This document shows, piece by piece, positions 25,401 to 34,932 of a stretch of DNA of 64,000 bases. Position 1 is the first letter of the stretch. The number at the start of each line of letters is the position of its first letter. This stretch comes from Mobula hypostoma (lineage: Eukaryota), in the NCBI RefSeq assembly GCF_963921235.1, contig NC_086107.1:103294001-103358000 (forward strand), in the 5' to 3' direction. The position numbers and the translations under genes are program-made. The notes under the pieces are model-generated. The model made no database searches, had not been told where the DNA came from, and saw nothing but the letters and a program-made list of their open reading frames with translations.

Positions 25401-28400
25401 TTGCTGTTTGTCTTCTTTTGCACAGTGGTTCTTTGTCAGTCTTTGTGTGTTGTTTCTCACCGACTCTCTTGTATTTCTTTGTCCTACTGTGAACACCTGC
25501 AAGAACAGGAACCTCAGGATGGTGTGTGCTGACATGTAAGCACTTTGACAATAAAGTTACCTTGAACTTTGAGAAGTGCTGACACCCCGTAGGGTGGGGC
25601 TAACCAGGGCTTGGAGAGCTGGACCACGAGGCCCAATGCCCCAGCTCCACCAGATCTTGTTCATGGGCTGTTGACCTGCAGGTTTTCAGGTTTAGGGAAG
25701 AAAACTCTTCCAGCCTTTCCAAGTACAGAGGATTGTGTCATGTTTACCAACACTAAACCATTTCCAGCTGCCTTGCAATCTGTTTACAACTCTGTAATAC
25801 ACTGCTTGTGCCCACATTGTCTAGGGCATCACGTATGGCACAGGAATAACGGCCAGGAACTCTAGGAGGCAGTGATCCAGCACGTTGGTGCTGTTTGATC
25901 AGCTAATTTTCCAAACTATTGGATGTCCCCCAAGAGATGTAATATTTTGACATGTTGCACTATTATTCATTTCCCAGTGAACTGGTCAAGTTGAAAAGTA
26001 GCACAAGGAACAGGGCTCTGAAGGGTTGGTTGAATGAAAACAGAGGGAATGGCGCCTGGTGATTGGGAATGGAGGCGCGGAGCATTAGGAAGAGAGCTTG
26101 TGGCGGATATTACCCGGTGTGCTGGTTGCCGAACCAGGTCTCTAATTGGTTGGATAGTAATTCTTCAGAGTGTTACTGGTTACACACTTAACTACTAGTG
26201 CAAGCACTCGAGTCAGGTCCGACGTGCTCCCAGTGGATTATTCCCAAAGTGGAGAACGCTTGCACTTGACTTTAGTTAATGTGGGGAGGCTGATGTCTGG
26301 GCAGCCCCCACTTGGCCTTTGACAGATCGGGGTCAGGGTCCAGTGACATGGAGCGCAAGGCAACTGGGGACCCTCTCTACTGCAGTCTTCCTCCACCTTC
26401 TCTGCCATTGTGATGTGCCTTCATCTTCCACCGGCTCCACCGTACTGAACTAATAGTGTGCTGTCCCAATCAACCTTTACTGCCCCCGCCCCCCCGGACC
26501 CCAGGAGGCATTGGTGGGGTGCAGGGATGAGGCGCATCACTTGCCCCCTTCACTTCACTGGACCTTCCCCTGTCCCTGCAGATAATGGTGCTTGGCTGGT
26601 CTTCAGGAGGTAAGGCGAGGGAAGTGGGCAAGATAACAGGTGTTGCCAGTGCAGGGAAGCGTCACAAACACAATTACCCGGGCACCGAAGTCTGGTGTTT
26701 ACCGCAGACTGAGTCGCGGAGAAGCTGCAGTGTGACCTTGCGCAAGAGCAGAATTTCTCTGCCTCCTGCTCCTCTCCCCTGAGTCTGACCTCATAAAATC
26801 AGAGGTGCAATTTTATTCTCTCTCTCCCCCCCTCCCTCTCTATTCTAACTCTTCTTCTCTGTGTCCATCTCGTCTCTTTCCTCTCTCTGCCCCTCCCGCT
26901 TCCCTGATATCTGTCTTCACTCAAAGAATCACATTTATTATCACTGACACATGACGTGCCATTCGTAGCTGTTGCCGAGTTCCTCCAGCATCTGCAGACT
27001 CTCTTGTGTTCATGATCTGAAATTCGTTCTTTCGCAACAGCATTACAATGCAAAGCCATAGCTATCTTTAAATTACAAAAATAAAGAGTACAAAAAAATG
27101 AGGGAGGGGTCATGGGTTCATGAATCATTCAGAAACCTTTCCCCTTCTTTCAGAGTGATTGTGCTTTTCTCTCTCAGCCACACACTCACTATCATATAAC
27201 TATATAACAATTACAGCACGGAAACAGGCCATCTCGGCCCTTCTAGTCTGTGCCGAACTCTTACTCTCACCTAGTCCCACTGACCTGCACTCAGCCCATA
27301 ACCCTCTATTCCTGTCCTGTCCATATATCTATCCAATTTAACTTTAAACGACAACATCGAACCTGCCTCAACCACTTCTGCTGGAAGCTCGTTCCACACA
27401 GCTACCACTCTCTGAGTAAAGAAGTTCCCCCTCGTGTTACCCCTAAACTTTTGCCTTTTAACTCCCTGTAACTATCCTTCCACTCCGACCCATTTACTCC
27501 ATCCCACTGAGTTTTCTTCCTCTTGCCCCCCCACTCCATCCCCTTTGTCGTCACCCCTCCCTCCCTCCATATTTACAACACAAGGCTCACTCGATGAGCC
27601 TGCTGCAAACCTGTCCCATTCACCCACAATGCCTTCGATATCAGTACAGTGGATTCCTTACCCTGAACATAATCAGAATCAGGTTTATTATCACTGGCAT
27701 GTGTCATGAAATTTGTCAACTTAGCAGCAGCAGTTCAATGCAATACATGATATAGAAGGAAAAAAACAAAATAATAAATAAGTAAATCAATTACAGTATA
27801 TGTATATTGAATAGATTAAAAATCGTGCAAAAAAACAGAAATAATACATATTTAAAAAGTGAGGTAGTGTCCAAAGGTTCAATGTCCATTTAGGAATTGG
27901 ATGGTAGAGGGGAAGAAGCTGTTCCTGAATCTCTGAGTGTGTGTCTTCAGGCTTCTGTACCTCCTACCTGATGGTAACAGTGAGAAAAAGGCATGTCTTG
28001 GGTGCTGGAGATCCTTAATAATGGACGCTGTCTCTCTGAGACACCGCTCCTTGAAGATGCCCTGGGTACTTTGTAGGCTAGTAGCCAAGATGGAACCGAC
28101 TAAATTTACAACCCTCTTTCGGTCCTGTGCAGTAGCCCCCCACCCCATACTAGCCAGTGTTGCAGCTTGTCAAAATGCTCTCCATGGTACATCTATAGAA
28201 GTTTTTGAGTGTATTTGTTGACATACCAAATCTCTTCAAACTCCTAAGGAAGTATAGCCATTGTCTTGTCTTCTTTATAACTGCATCTATATGTTGGGAC
28301 CAGGTTAGATTCTCAGATATTTTGACACCCAGGAAGTTGAAGCTTCTCACTCTCTCCATTTATGATCCCTCTATGACGATTGGTATGTGTTCCTTTGTCT

Positions 28401-31400
28401 TACCCTTCCTGAAGTCCACAATCAGCTCTTTCATCTTACTGACATCGAGTGCCAGATTGTTGCTGCGACACCACTCCACTAGTTGGCATATCTCACTCCT
28501 GTACGCCTCCTTGTCACCATCTGAGATTCTACCAGCAATGGTTATATCATCAGCAAATTTATAGTTGGTATTTGAGCTATGCCTAGCCACACAGTCATGT
28601 GTATATAGAGAGTAGAGCAGTGGCTAAGCACACACGCCTGAGGTGCACCAGTGTTGATTGTCAGTGAGGAGGAGATGTTATCACCGTTCTGCACAGATTG
28701 TGGTCTTCCAGTTAGGAAGTTGAGGATCCAATTGCAGAGGGAGGTACAGAGGCCCAGGTTCTGCAACTTCTCATTTGGAATTGTGGGAATGATGGTATTA
28801 AGTGCTGAACTATAGTTGATAAACAGCATGCTGACATAGGTGTTTGTGTTGTCCAGGTGGTCTTAAGCCATATGAAGAGCCATTGAGATTGTGTCTGTCA
28901 TTGACCTATTGTGGCAATAGGCAAATTGCAATGGGTCCAGGTCCTTGCTGAGTCTAGTTAAGGCCAACCTCTCAAAGTATTTCATCACTGTAGATATGAG
29001 TGCTACCAGGCAATAGTCATTAAGGCAGCTCACATTTTTTTTTTAGGCACTGGTATAATTGTTGCCTTTTTGAAGCAAGTGGGAAATTCCACCCATAGCA
29101 GAAAGAGGTTGAAAATGTCCTCGAATACTTCCGCCAGTTGGTTGGCACAGGTTTTCAGAGGCTTACCAGGTACTCCATCGGGACCTTCCGCTTTGCAAGG
29201 GTTCACTTTCTTCAAAGACAGCCCAAAATCGGCCTCTGAGACAGAGATCACAGCGTGATCAGGTGCAGGAGGGATCTTCACCACTGAGTCTCCCTTTCAA
29301 AGCCGGCATAGAAGACGTTGAGTTCACCTGGTAGTGAAGCATCGCTGCCATTCATGTTACTGGGTTTTGCTTTGCAGGAAGTAATGTCTTGCAAACCCTT
29401 CCAGAGTTGTCGTACATCCGAAGTCGCCTCCAACCTCGTTCAAAATTGTCTCTTCGCCCTTGAAATAGCCCTTCGTAAATCATACCTGGTTTTCTGGATC
29501 GCCAGACTTGAATGCCACGGGTCTAGCCTTCAGCAGACGACGTATCTCCTGGTTCATCCATAGCTTACCAGATGGGGGAAGAAACCTGGAAAATCCTCTG
29601 TTCTAATGTAGTCTACCAGGAGACTACATTAACCCTGACATTGTAACCTTGTGATCCTCAGCCAGACCAGCACCAGGGTACACTTCCTGTAGATGCTGGT
29701 TAGAGCAATTACTTGACTCCTATGGCAACCCATACATAATTTATACCAATATTGCTGCCTTCCCCAGCATCGGTACGTGAAGTACTTTACAAGTTCCATA
29801 TAGACACAGAAGGTCCAAAGCGTCTATGCTGGTTCATAGGACAATCCTATTCCTCATTCATTTTCCCTGAAACCTATTCTCACCCCATTCCTCTCAACTC
29901 CCCCAGATTCTCGTTGCGTGAATAAAGTCACCAGAGAAAATGACTGTTAGATACAAAGCAGCTTCTTTATTCAACTAAGTAAGGTACGGCGGGCATCATA
30001 TGGAGATGCTTTCGGTCGAAAGGTCTGCTGGCCCAACATGGGCTCCATATTTTATGTGCCAAACATCAAAGGACAACTCCATATTCACAGTATACAGACA
30101 ATGTTTTCTTTGAAACTGCATACAATCTTCACACCTCCTGATTCACATCCACACCACATACTGTACATCCAAACGAGTTTGAATCAGCATTCTCTGGACT
30201 AGGATTCACAGTTCTGAGGAACTCATTGTTCAGAGCTGCACTCCAAATTAAATCCACAATCCATATTCAGATCTGAAGACTGGTAGCCAAAGTCGATTGC
30301 TAAACGTACATGTCCTAAACCCACCTATAACAATTCCCCACACTAGGGGCAAGTTACAATAACCAATTAACTCACTAACCCACACTCCTATCTGGGATCC
30401 CAATAGGTTCTCTTGTTTCCTCAGGGAGTATGAGTGATCTCTACACAGAGAGTGCCAGAGGTCAGGATTGAGCCTGGGATGCTGGTGCTGCAAGGCAGCC
30501 GTTCTACCAGCTTTGCCACCGCGTGCATAATCCACACGTTTCTTATTTTGAGGCTTTGAGCGAACTGTCAGGCGACAGCCTGAATTGGTATGGCTTTATT
30601 ATTGGCACATTTTTATTTATGAGCTGGGCTGCCCAGCGATCCCCAATTTAACCACGAGACAATTTACAATGACTAATTAACCTGCCCACTGGTACGTCCA
30701 GCTACGACTGTGGGAGGGAATCAGAGCACCCGGAGGAAACCCACGCATTCACAGGGAGAACGTATAAATCCTTACCGGCAGTGGCGGGAATTTGACCCTG
30801 GTTGCCCGTACTATAAAGCGTTGCGCTAACCACTAAGCTACTGTACCAAGATCAGTGAAAAGCTCGTCTTGCATACTGACCATCAAATCATTTACACAGT
30901 GCACTGAGGCAGAACAAGGTAAAACAAAACCAGGATTAGATTTATTATCACCGACTTTGGTCATGAAATTTGATGTTTTATGTTACAATAAAAAATAAAT
31001 AGTGCAAAAGAGGAATTAATTTGATGAACTGTTGAGAAATCTGATGGTGGAGGGAAAGAAGCTGTTCCTAAGGCATTGAGTGTGGGACTTCAGGCTCTTG
31101 TACTTCTGCCCTGAACCAATCAGAATGTAGGATGAAGTGGAAACAGCTACAGAGAAGGTTCAGGTAAACAATGATGTGCAAAATAATAAATGAGGTAGAT
31201 TGTGTGGTCAAAACTCCATAGTCTTACACATGAGGTCCATTTGGGAGTCTGATAATAACAAGAGGTCCGTTCAAGAAACTGGCAGTCTACCCCTGGCCTC
31301 CTTCACTCACCATCAAGGTGTCCTCACTCTGGTCTAACCAATGAGGCTCTCCGTCGGTTGGGGTTGACCATGAACGTGGCACCCCAGCTGTCTATGTGAT

Positions 31401-33248
31401 ACAGAAGCCTGGGCAGTAGGATATGCAGAGCAAGCTGTTGCCCATGCAGCAAACTCCCCCTCTCTGTGTGCATGGAGTCGGAGGAGGTAGCCGAGCTACT
31501 AGGTTTACAAGGATGCTGCCTGGATTGGAGAGCATGCCTTATGAGAATGGGTTGAGTGAAGTTGGCTTTTTCTCCTTGGAGTGACAGAGGATGAAAGGTG
31601 ACCTGATAGACGTGTATAAGATGATGAGGGGCATTGATCGTGTGGATAGCCAGAGGCTTTTTCCCAGGGCTGAAATGGCTAACACGAGGGGGCATAGTTT
31701 TAAGGTGCTTGGAAATAGGTACAAGGGGTATGTCAGAGGTAAGTTTTTCACAGAGAGTGGTGGGTACGTGGAATTCACTGCCAGCGACGGTGGTAGAGGT
31801 GGATACAATAGGGTCTTTTAAGAGACTCTTAGATAGGTACATGGCGCTTAGAAACATAGAGAGATAGGGAAATTCCAGGCAATTTCTAGAGTAGGCTATA
31901 TGATAGGCACAACATTGTGGGCCGAAGGGCCTGTAACGTGCTGTAGATTTCTATGTACTGTTCTCCATGCATCTGATGAACCCAAGAGAACGGCAGAGAC
32001 CGATACAGTTTGGCACCAGTGGTGTCGCAGGAGTCGCCGGAGTCGCCAGTCAGCATTAGACTCAACGTTGGACTGCCTTAGGGACGCCAGCTCCCGATTT
32101 TTCCCTCGGGATTTACTCCCAAAGCCTTCCCCATGAGTGGGTATAGCCACAAGGCAGTGAAGGTTTGAGACCAGAGTCTTCCTTCTCCTAGATGAGCTGC
32201 CAACCACGGCTGACGAGCCCCGTCTGCCCGAAGGTGCCTTAGCTCCTTCTCCTGTCAGTAGAAACTGTTCTGTGAGCCACATTTGAAGGACAGGAGCTGG
32301 ACTTGGATGTCAGAGGCTATTTGAGTCACGTCATTGCGAGCATTTAATAGGTAGTGGGAACTCAGCCCATTACTATCCCCTGGTCATAATAACTTTAAGG
32401 AAACATCTAACCAATGACTCACTCAACGACAACATGGACTCCTCACTTTGTCAGTGATCAATGAAGCCGAGCCCATGGCAGACGGTGACTTGTACCGAGG
32501 TATACACATCAAAACATCCCATGCGAGTACCCTGGTCAAACTTCCACACTGGGACACAGAAGTTGAAAGTTGGCGAGTGGTTGGTGGGGGGGGGGGCGGT
32601 AATTTGTTTAAAAAAATTTGGCCAAATGATGGGGGACATGTTTGGGAGGGGGATAGGTATTGGGGGAGAAGAGAACGAGTTTGTGGGGAACTCGGAGGAA
32701 AATAGTAAAGTTTACGAGGGACGGTTCAGACGGGAGCAATGGACAGCGGTGAGGTCAGGTTAGCAACCGATGACGAAGGATAAGAATTCTAACCTCGTCC
32801 TAAGTGTCTGTGTCGCCCGGTGGTGGGAGAGCGGGACACACAAAACGCTGGAGGAACTCAGCAGACCAGGTAGAAAACGTACACAGTCGGCGTTTCTTGC
32901 CGAGACCTTTCATCAGGACTGGAAAGAGTTCCCCCGGCGTTTTGTGTGTGTTGCTTTGGATTTCCAGCATCTGCAGATTTTCTGGTGTATGGCAGAGTGG
33001 GGCTGGGTGTGAATCGGTACACAGGACGAACTGACTCGGTGGAAGACCAGAGGCCGGATCCGAACAGAATACCTGGGCTGATATAGTGAACCTCTTCCCG
33101 CGGTTCCGTCTTGCGCTGCAGCGTGAAACCCTACTCGGTCTCTCCCAGCGGCCGCCGCAGCCACGATGCTTACCTGCCGGGCCGGGGTGAGGGTCCCGTC
33201 CACGTCGAAGAGGCAGAGGGTGTAGGGGTCGAGCCGGTTCTCAGCCAT
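7325..33248 (-). CDS. PMM1: Phosphomannomutase 1, complete 8-exon CDS: join(33174-33248,24424-24541,24144-24220,20991-21082,19564-19663,15369-15444,9629-9744,7325-7432), 762 nt, 253 aa
   Basis: The spliced translation has HAD motif I FDVDGTLT plus [31 protein letters not shown] and FFGNET..GGND. GMISFD and GNET are PMM1-type (PMM2 has GQISFD and GDKT). Exon sizes 75/118/77/92/100/76/116/108 are phase-consistent with no stops, and the gene is adjacent to DESI1. Confidence 0.96.
7760..8600 (-). mobile_element. CR1 LINE 3' fragment
   Basis: ORF 8244-8567: [15 protein letters not shown]...[20 protein letters not shown]. Confidence 0.85.
9629..9744 (-). CDS. PMM1: PMM1 exon 7 ([38 protein letters not shown])
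   Basis: 116 nt; acceptor TTACAG|, donor CCG|GTAAAG. Confidence 0.95.
10860..11300 (-). mobile_element. CR1 LINE fragment
   Basis: [11 protein letters not shown]...[14 protein letters not shown]. Confidence 0.75.
11300..11620 (-). mobile_element. Decayed RTE-type LINE C-terminal remnant (related + strand copy at ~10640-10830)
   Basis: [13 protein letters not shown] motif resembles the RTE ORF C-terminus. Confidence 0.45.
12050..12745 (-). mobile_element. Decayed Rex/Babar-like LINE RT fragment
   Basis: [12 protein letters not shown]...[15 protein letters not shown]. Confidence 0.8.
13450..13985 (+). mobile_element. CR1 LINE 3' end
   Basis: [14 protein letters not shown]...[14 protein letters not shown]...TRGH; 3' hairpin gggccgaatggcct. 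Confidence 0.85.
15369..15444 (-). CDS. PMM1: PMM1 exon 6 ([26 protein letters not shown]), GC donor
   Basis: 76 nt; acceptor CCAAAG|; donor GAG|GCAAGT is needed to keep frame with exon 7. Confidence 0.9.
16570..17590. mobile_element. Two abutting CR1 fragments (+ 16570-16915; - 16918-17590)
   Basis: [18 protein letters not shown] on +; [19 protein letters not shown] on -. Confidence 0.8.
19564..19663 (-). CDS. PMM1: PMM1 exon 5 ([33 protein letters not shown])
   Basis: 100 nt; acceptor TTGCAG|, donor AAG|GTAAC; read by hand, not in the ORF track. Confidence 0.95.
20991..21082 (-). CDS. PMM1: PMM1 exon 4 ([31 protein letters not shown])
   Basis: 92 nt; acceptor CCTCAG|, donor AAG|GTAAGG. 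Confidence 0.95.
23335..23940 (+). mobile_element. Uninterrupted copy of the same ~600-bp SINE-like element
   Basis: GGAGGAGAAGATGGC...GGAACATCTGGAGAAA...AATGACAATAAAAGAGG is shared with 2313-4742. Confidence 0.75.
24144..24220 (-). CDS. PMM1: PMM1 exon 3 ([26 protein letters not shown])
   Basis: 77 nt; acceptor CTGCAG|, donor GAG|GTGGGT. Confidence 0.95.
24424..24541 (-). CDS. PMM1: PMM1 exon 2 ([39 protein letters not shown])
   Basis: 118 nt; acceptor TTGCAG|, donor AAG|GTGAG. Confidence 0.95.
24785..25275. repeat. G/A-rich low-complexity tract (similar tracts at 9750-10020 and 21100-21570)
   Basis: Near-pure purine runs on + with repeated GGGGGAAGAGGGT units. Confidence 0.85.
27690..29565 (-). 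mobile_element. Decayed Rex/Babar-like LINE, ~1.9 kb, in PMM1 intron 1
   Basis: Frameshifted RT pieces: [62 protein letters not shown]. Confidence 0.85.
29912..30332 (-). mobile_element. Putative solo LTR
   Basis: On - strand begins TGTTATAG and ends CGCAACG (one base off ..AACA); internal AATAAA; flanked by ATTCT/ATTCC; interrupts a SINE-like sequence. Confidence 0.4.
31325..32275 (-). mobile_element. RTE-clade 5'UTR-derived element interrupted by a + strand CR1 3' end (~31466-31960)
   Basis: Reverse complement reads TTCGGGCAGACGGGGCTCGTCAGCC...CATCTAGGAGAAGGAAGACTCTG, typical of RTE 5' ends. The insert encodes [14 protein letters not shown]...TRGHSFKV. Confidence 0.6.
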
Positions 33249-33560
33249 GCCTCCGCCGCCGCATGAGTCCGGAGCGGTGATAGCAACAGCACAAGAAGAG
33301 GATTCTCCCCACTGACGAGCTCGGTCACATGTCCCGCGGGGAAGTGGTTTACAGACACGCAGGAGGCGGAGAGAGTGAGTCGGCGGGACGCTCCTGCGAA
33401 CTGGTGAGAGCAGGGCAGGGTAGGGCTGGCGACCCAGCATTGCCCACCAGACCGCTTTGTCATCAGCTTGGGTCCTGACCACATTACGTTTTGCAGCCAC
33501 GGCGCTGTACAGCAGGGGAGGCCGCTCGGCCCACCGCGTTCCTGCCGACCTTCTTGCTAA
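33050..33560 (-). promoter_or_regulatory. CpG-rich promoter/first-exon region of PMM1
   Basis: Locally dense CpG around exon 1; ETS-like GGAAGT at ~33340. Confidence 0.7.
33174..33248 (-). CDS. PMM1: PMM1 coding exon 1 ([25 protein letters not shown])
   Basis: ATG in GGCATGG context, catalytic DxDxT motif, donor CAG|GTAAGC. Confidence 0.95.
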
Positions 33561-33716
33561 ATTCCCTTGCCAGCATTAATTCCCCATCCAAGTGCTTGTC
33601 CTGATGCCCTTCAAAATGTAGCTACTGTGCTCGTCTCTTCCACCTGACCTGCTCATTCTGGATCGACACACACACACAATGCCGGAGGAACTCAGCAGGA
33701 CAGGCAGGGAAATAAA

Positions 33717-33754
33717 CAGTCGCCGTTTCGGGTCGAGACCCTTCATCAGGACTG
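33717..33754 (-). ncRNA. Minimal type I hammerhead ribozyme motif in a Penelope end (cleavage triplet mutated to GGC)
   Basis: CAGTC CTGATGA A GGGTC TC GACCC GAAAC GGC GACTG: stem I CAGTC/GACTG, intact core, stem II. Confidence 0.65.
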
Positions 33755-34618
33755 GAAAGGAAGGAGGCAGAACCCTCCCCGCCTCACCGAGTTTCATCTG
33801 TCATCTGTCGGCATGCACTCCTGCCACCCACCGCACCTTCTAATTCCGGCGTTTACACATCTCTGACTACCCTTGAGAAGAGGCTGGTGGTGACAGTATT
33901 CCCTCTGCACAGTTATGGAGTGAATTCTGGGATTCACTGGCTGCGGGAATATTCCGATATTCCAGCACCCTAGTCTCCAGTGATCCCGGCCTGGCTGCTT
34001 TTCTAGATCATTGAATGTCACTCCCGTTAATCTACCCCTGCTCAAGTTTAATTCATTTATTTTCCAGTGAGACGGTTAATTATTTTTTGCTCTCTATTCT
34101 AAACCCACCCGTGAAACAAGAAGCCATTAGACGCCAGAAACAATGAGTGTAAAGCCTTCCCTTAGTAGGTGAACAACTTCCGGGTTGTAGCAATGAGTGG
34201 CTGGTTGCTCTGCCCGAATGTGGAATGTGCTGTCAGCTGGGTGTAATACACAAACCCAACTCAAGCTGTTCACACTGTGCAAGAGTGGGTTTAACCTGGG
34301 CTTAACTTTAAAAGTTAACCTAAATCAAAAATAGATCGAATCTTCAAAGCAACTGTGACTCAGCTACTGATGTTCTCGGAGTTCAGGGTCGCTGGGTTCA
34401 AAGTCTGCTCCACAAGCAGATGCCGTCACTCGTACAGCATTGAGTGGGTTCTGCACCGTCGGATGGGATGTTAGAATGAGGCCGATCTGTCCTCTCAAGT
34501 GGAACTAAAAGATGTCATGGTGCTATTTTCAGAGGTGTGATGCATTCCTGTCTTCAGATAAGCGCCAGAGATTTTCTGACCTTTGTCACACTGCTGACTC
34601 AGATTCCATGTTGTTATT

Positions 34619-34932
34619 ACATCTGCTCGTTAATGCAATTATCTAATCAGCCAATCATCTGACAGCAACACAATGCATAAAAACATGCAGACATGGTCAA
34701 GATGTTTAGACTAAACATCAGAATGGGGAAGAAATGTGATCTAAGTGACTATGACCGTGGAATTATTGTTGGCGCTTGAGTATCTGCGAATCTGCTGATC
34801 TCCTGGAGTTTTCACACACAACAGTTTCTAGAGTTTGCACAGAATGGTGCGAAAAACAACAAAAAAAAATCCAGTGAATGGCAGTTCTGTGGGTAGAAAT
34901 GCCTTGTTAATGAGAGATCAGAGGAGAATTGC
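34619..34932 (+). mobile_element. Tc1-like transposase 5' remnant
   Basis: MGKKCDLSDYDRGIIVGA..SADLLEFSHTTVSRVCTEWCEK, resembling the paired-like HTH of fish Tc1 elements. Confidence 0.75.

Noticed and set aside
26580..26790. Alternative PMM1 first exon (local CpGs, possible GT donors on -)
   Set aside because: No in-frame start or homology seen; cannot be supported without transcript data
32913..33500. 195-aa ORF as a single-exon gene
   Set aside because: Only 33174-33248 is PMM1 coding; the rest is promoter/UTR and read-through into intron 1 and a Penelope end
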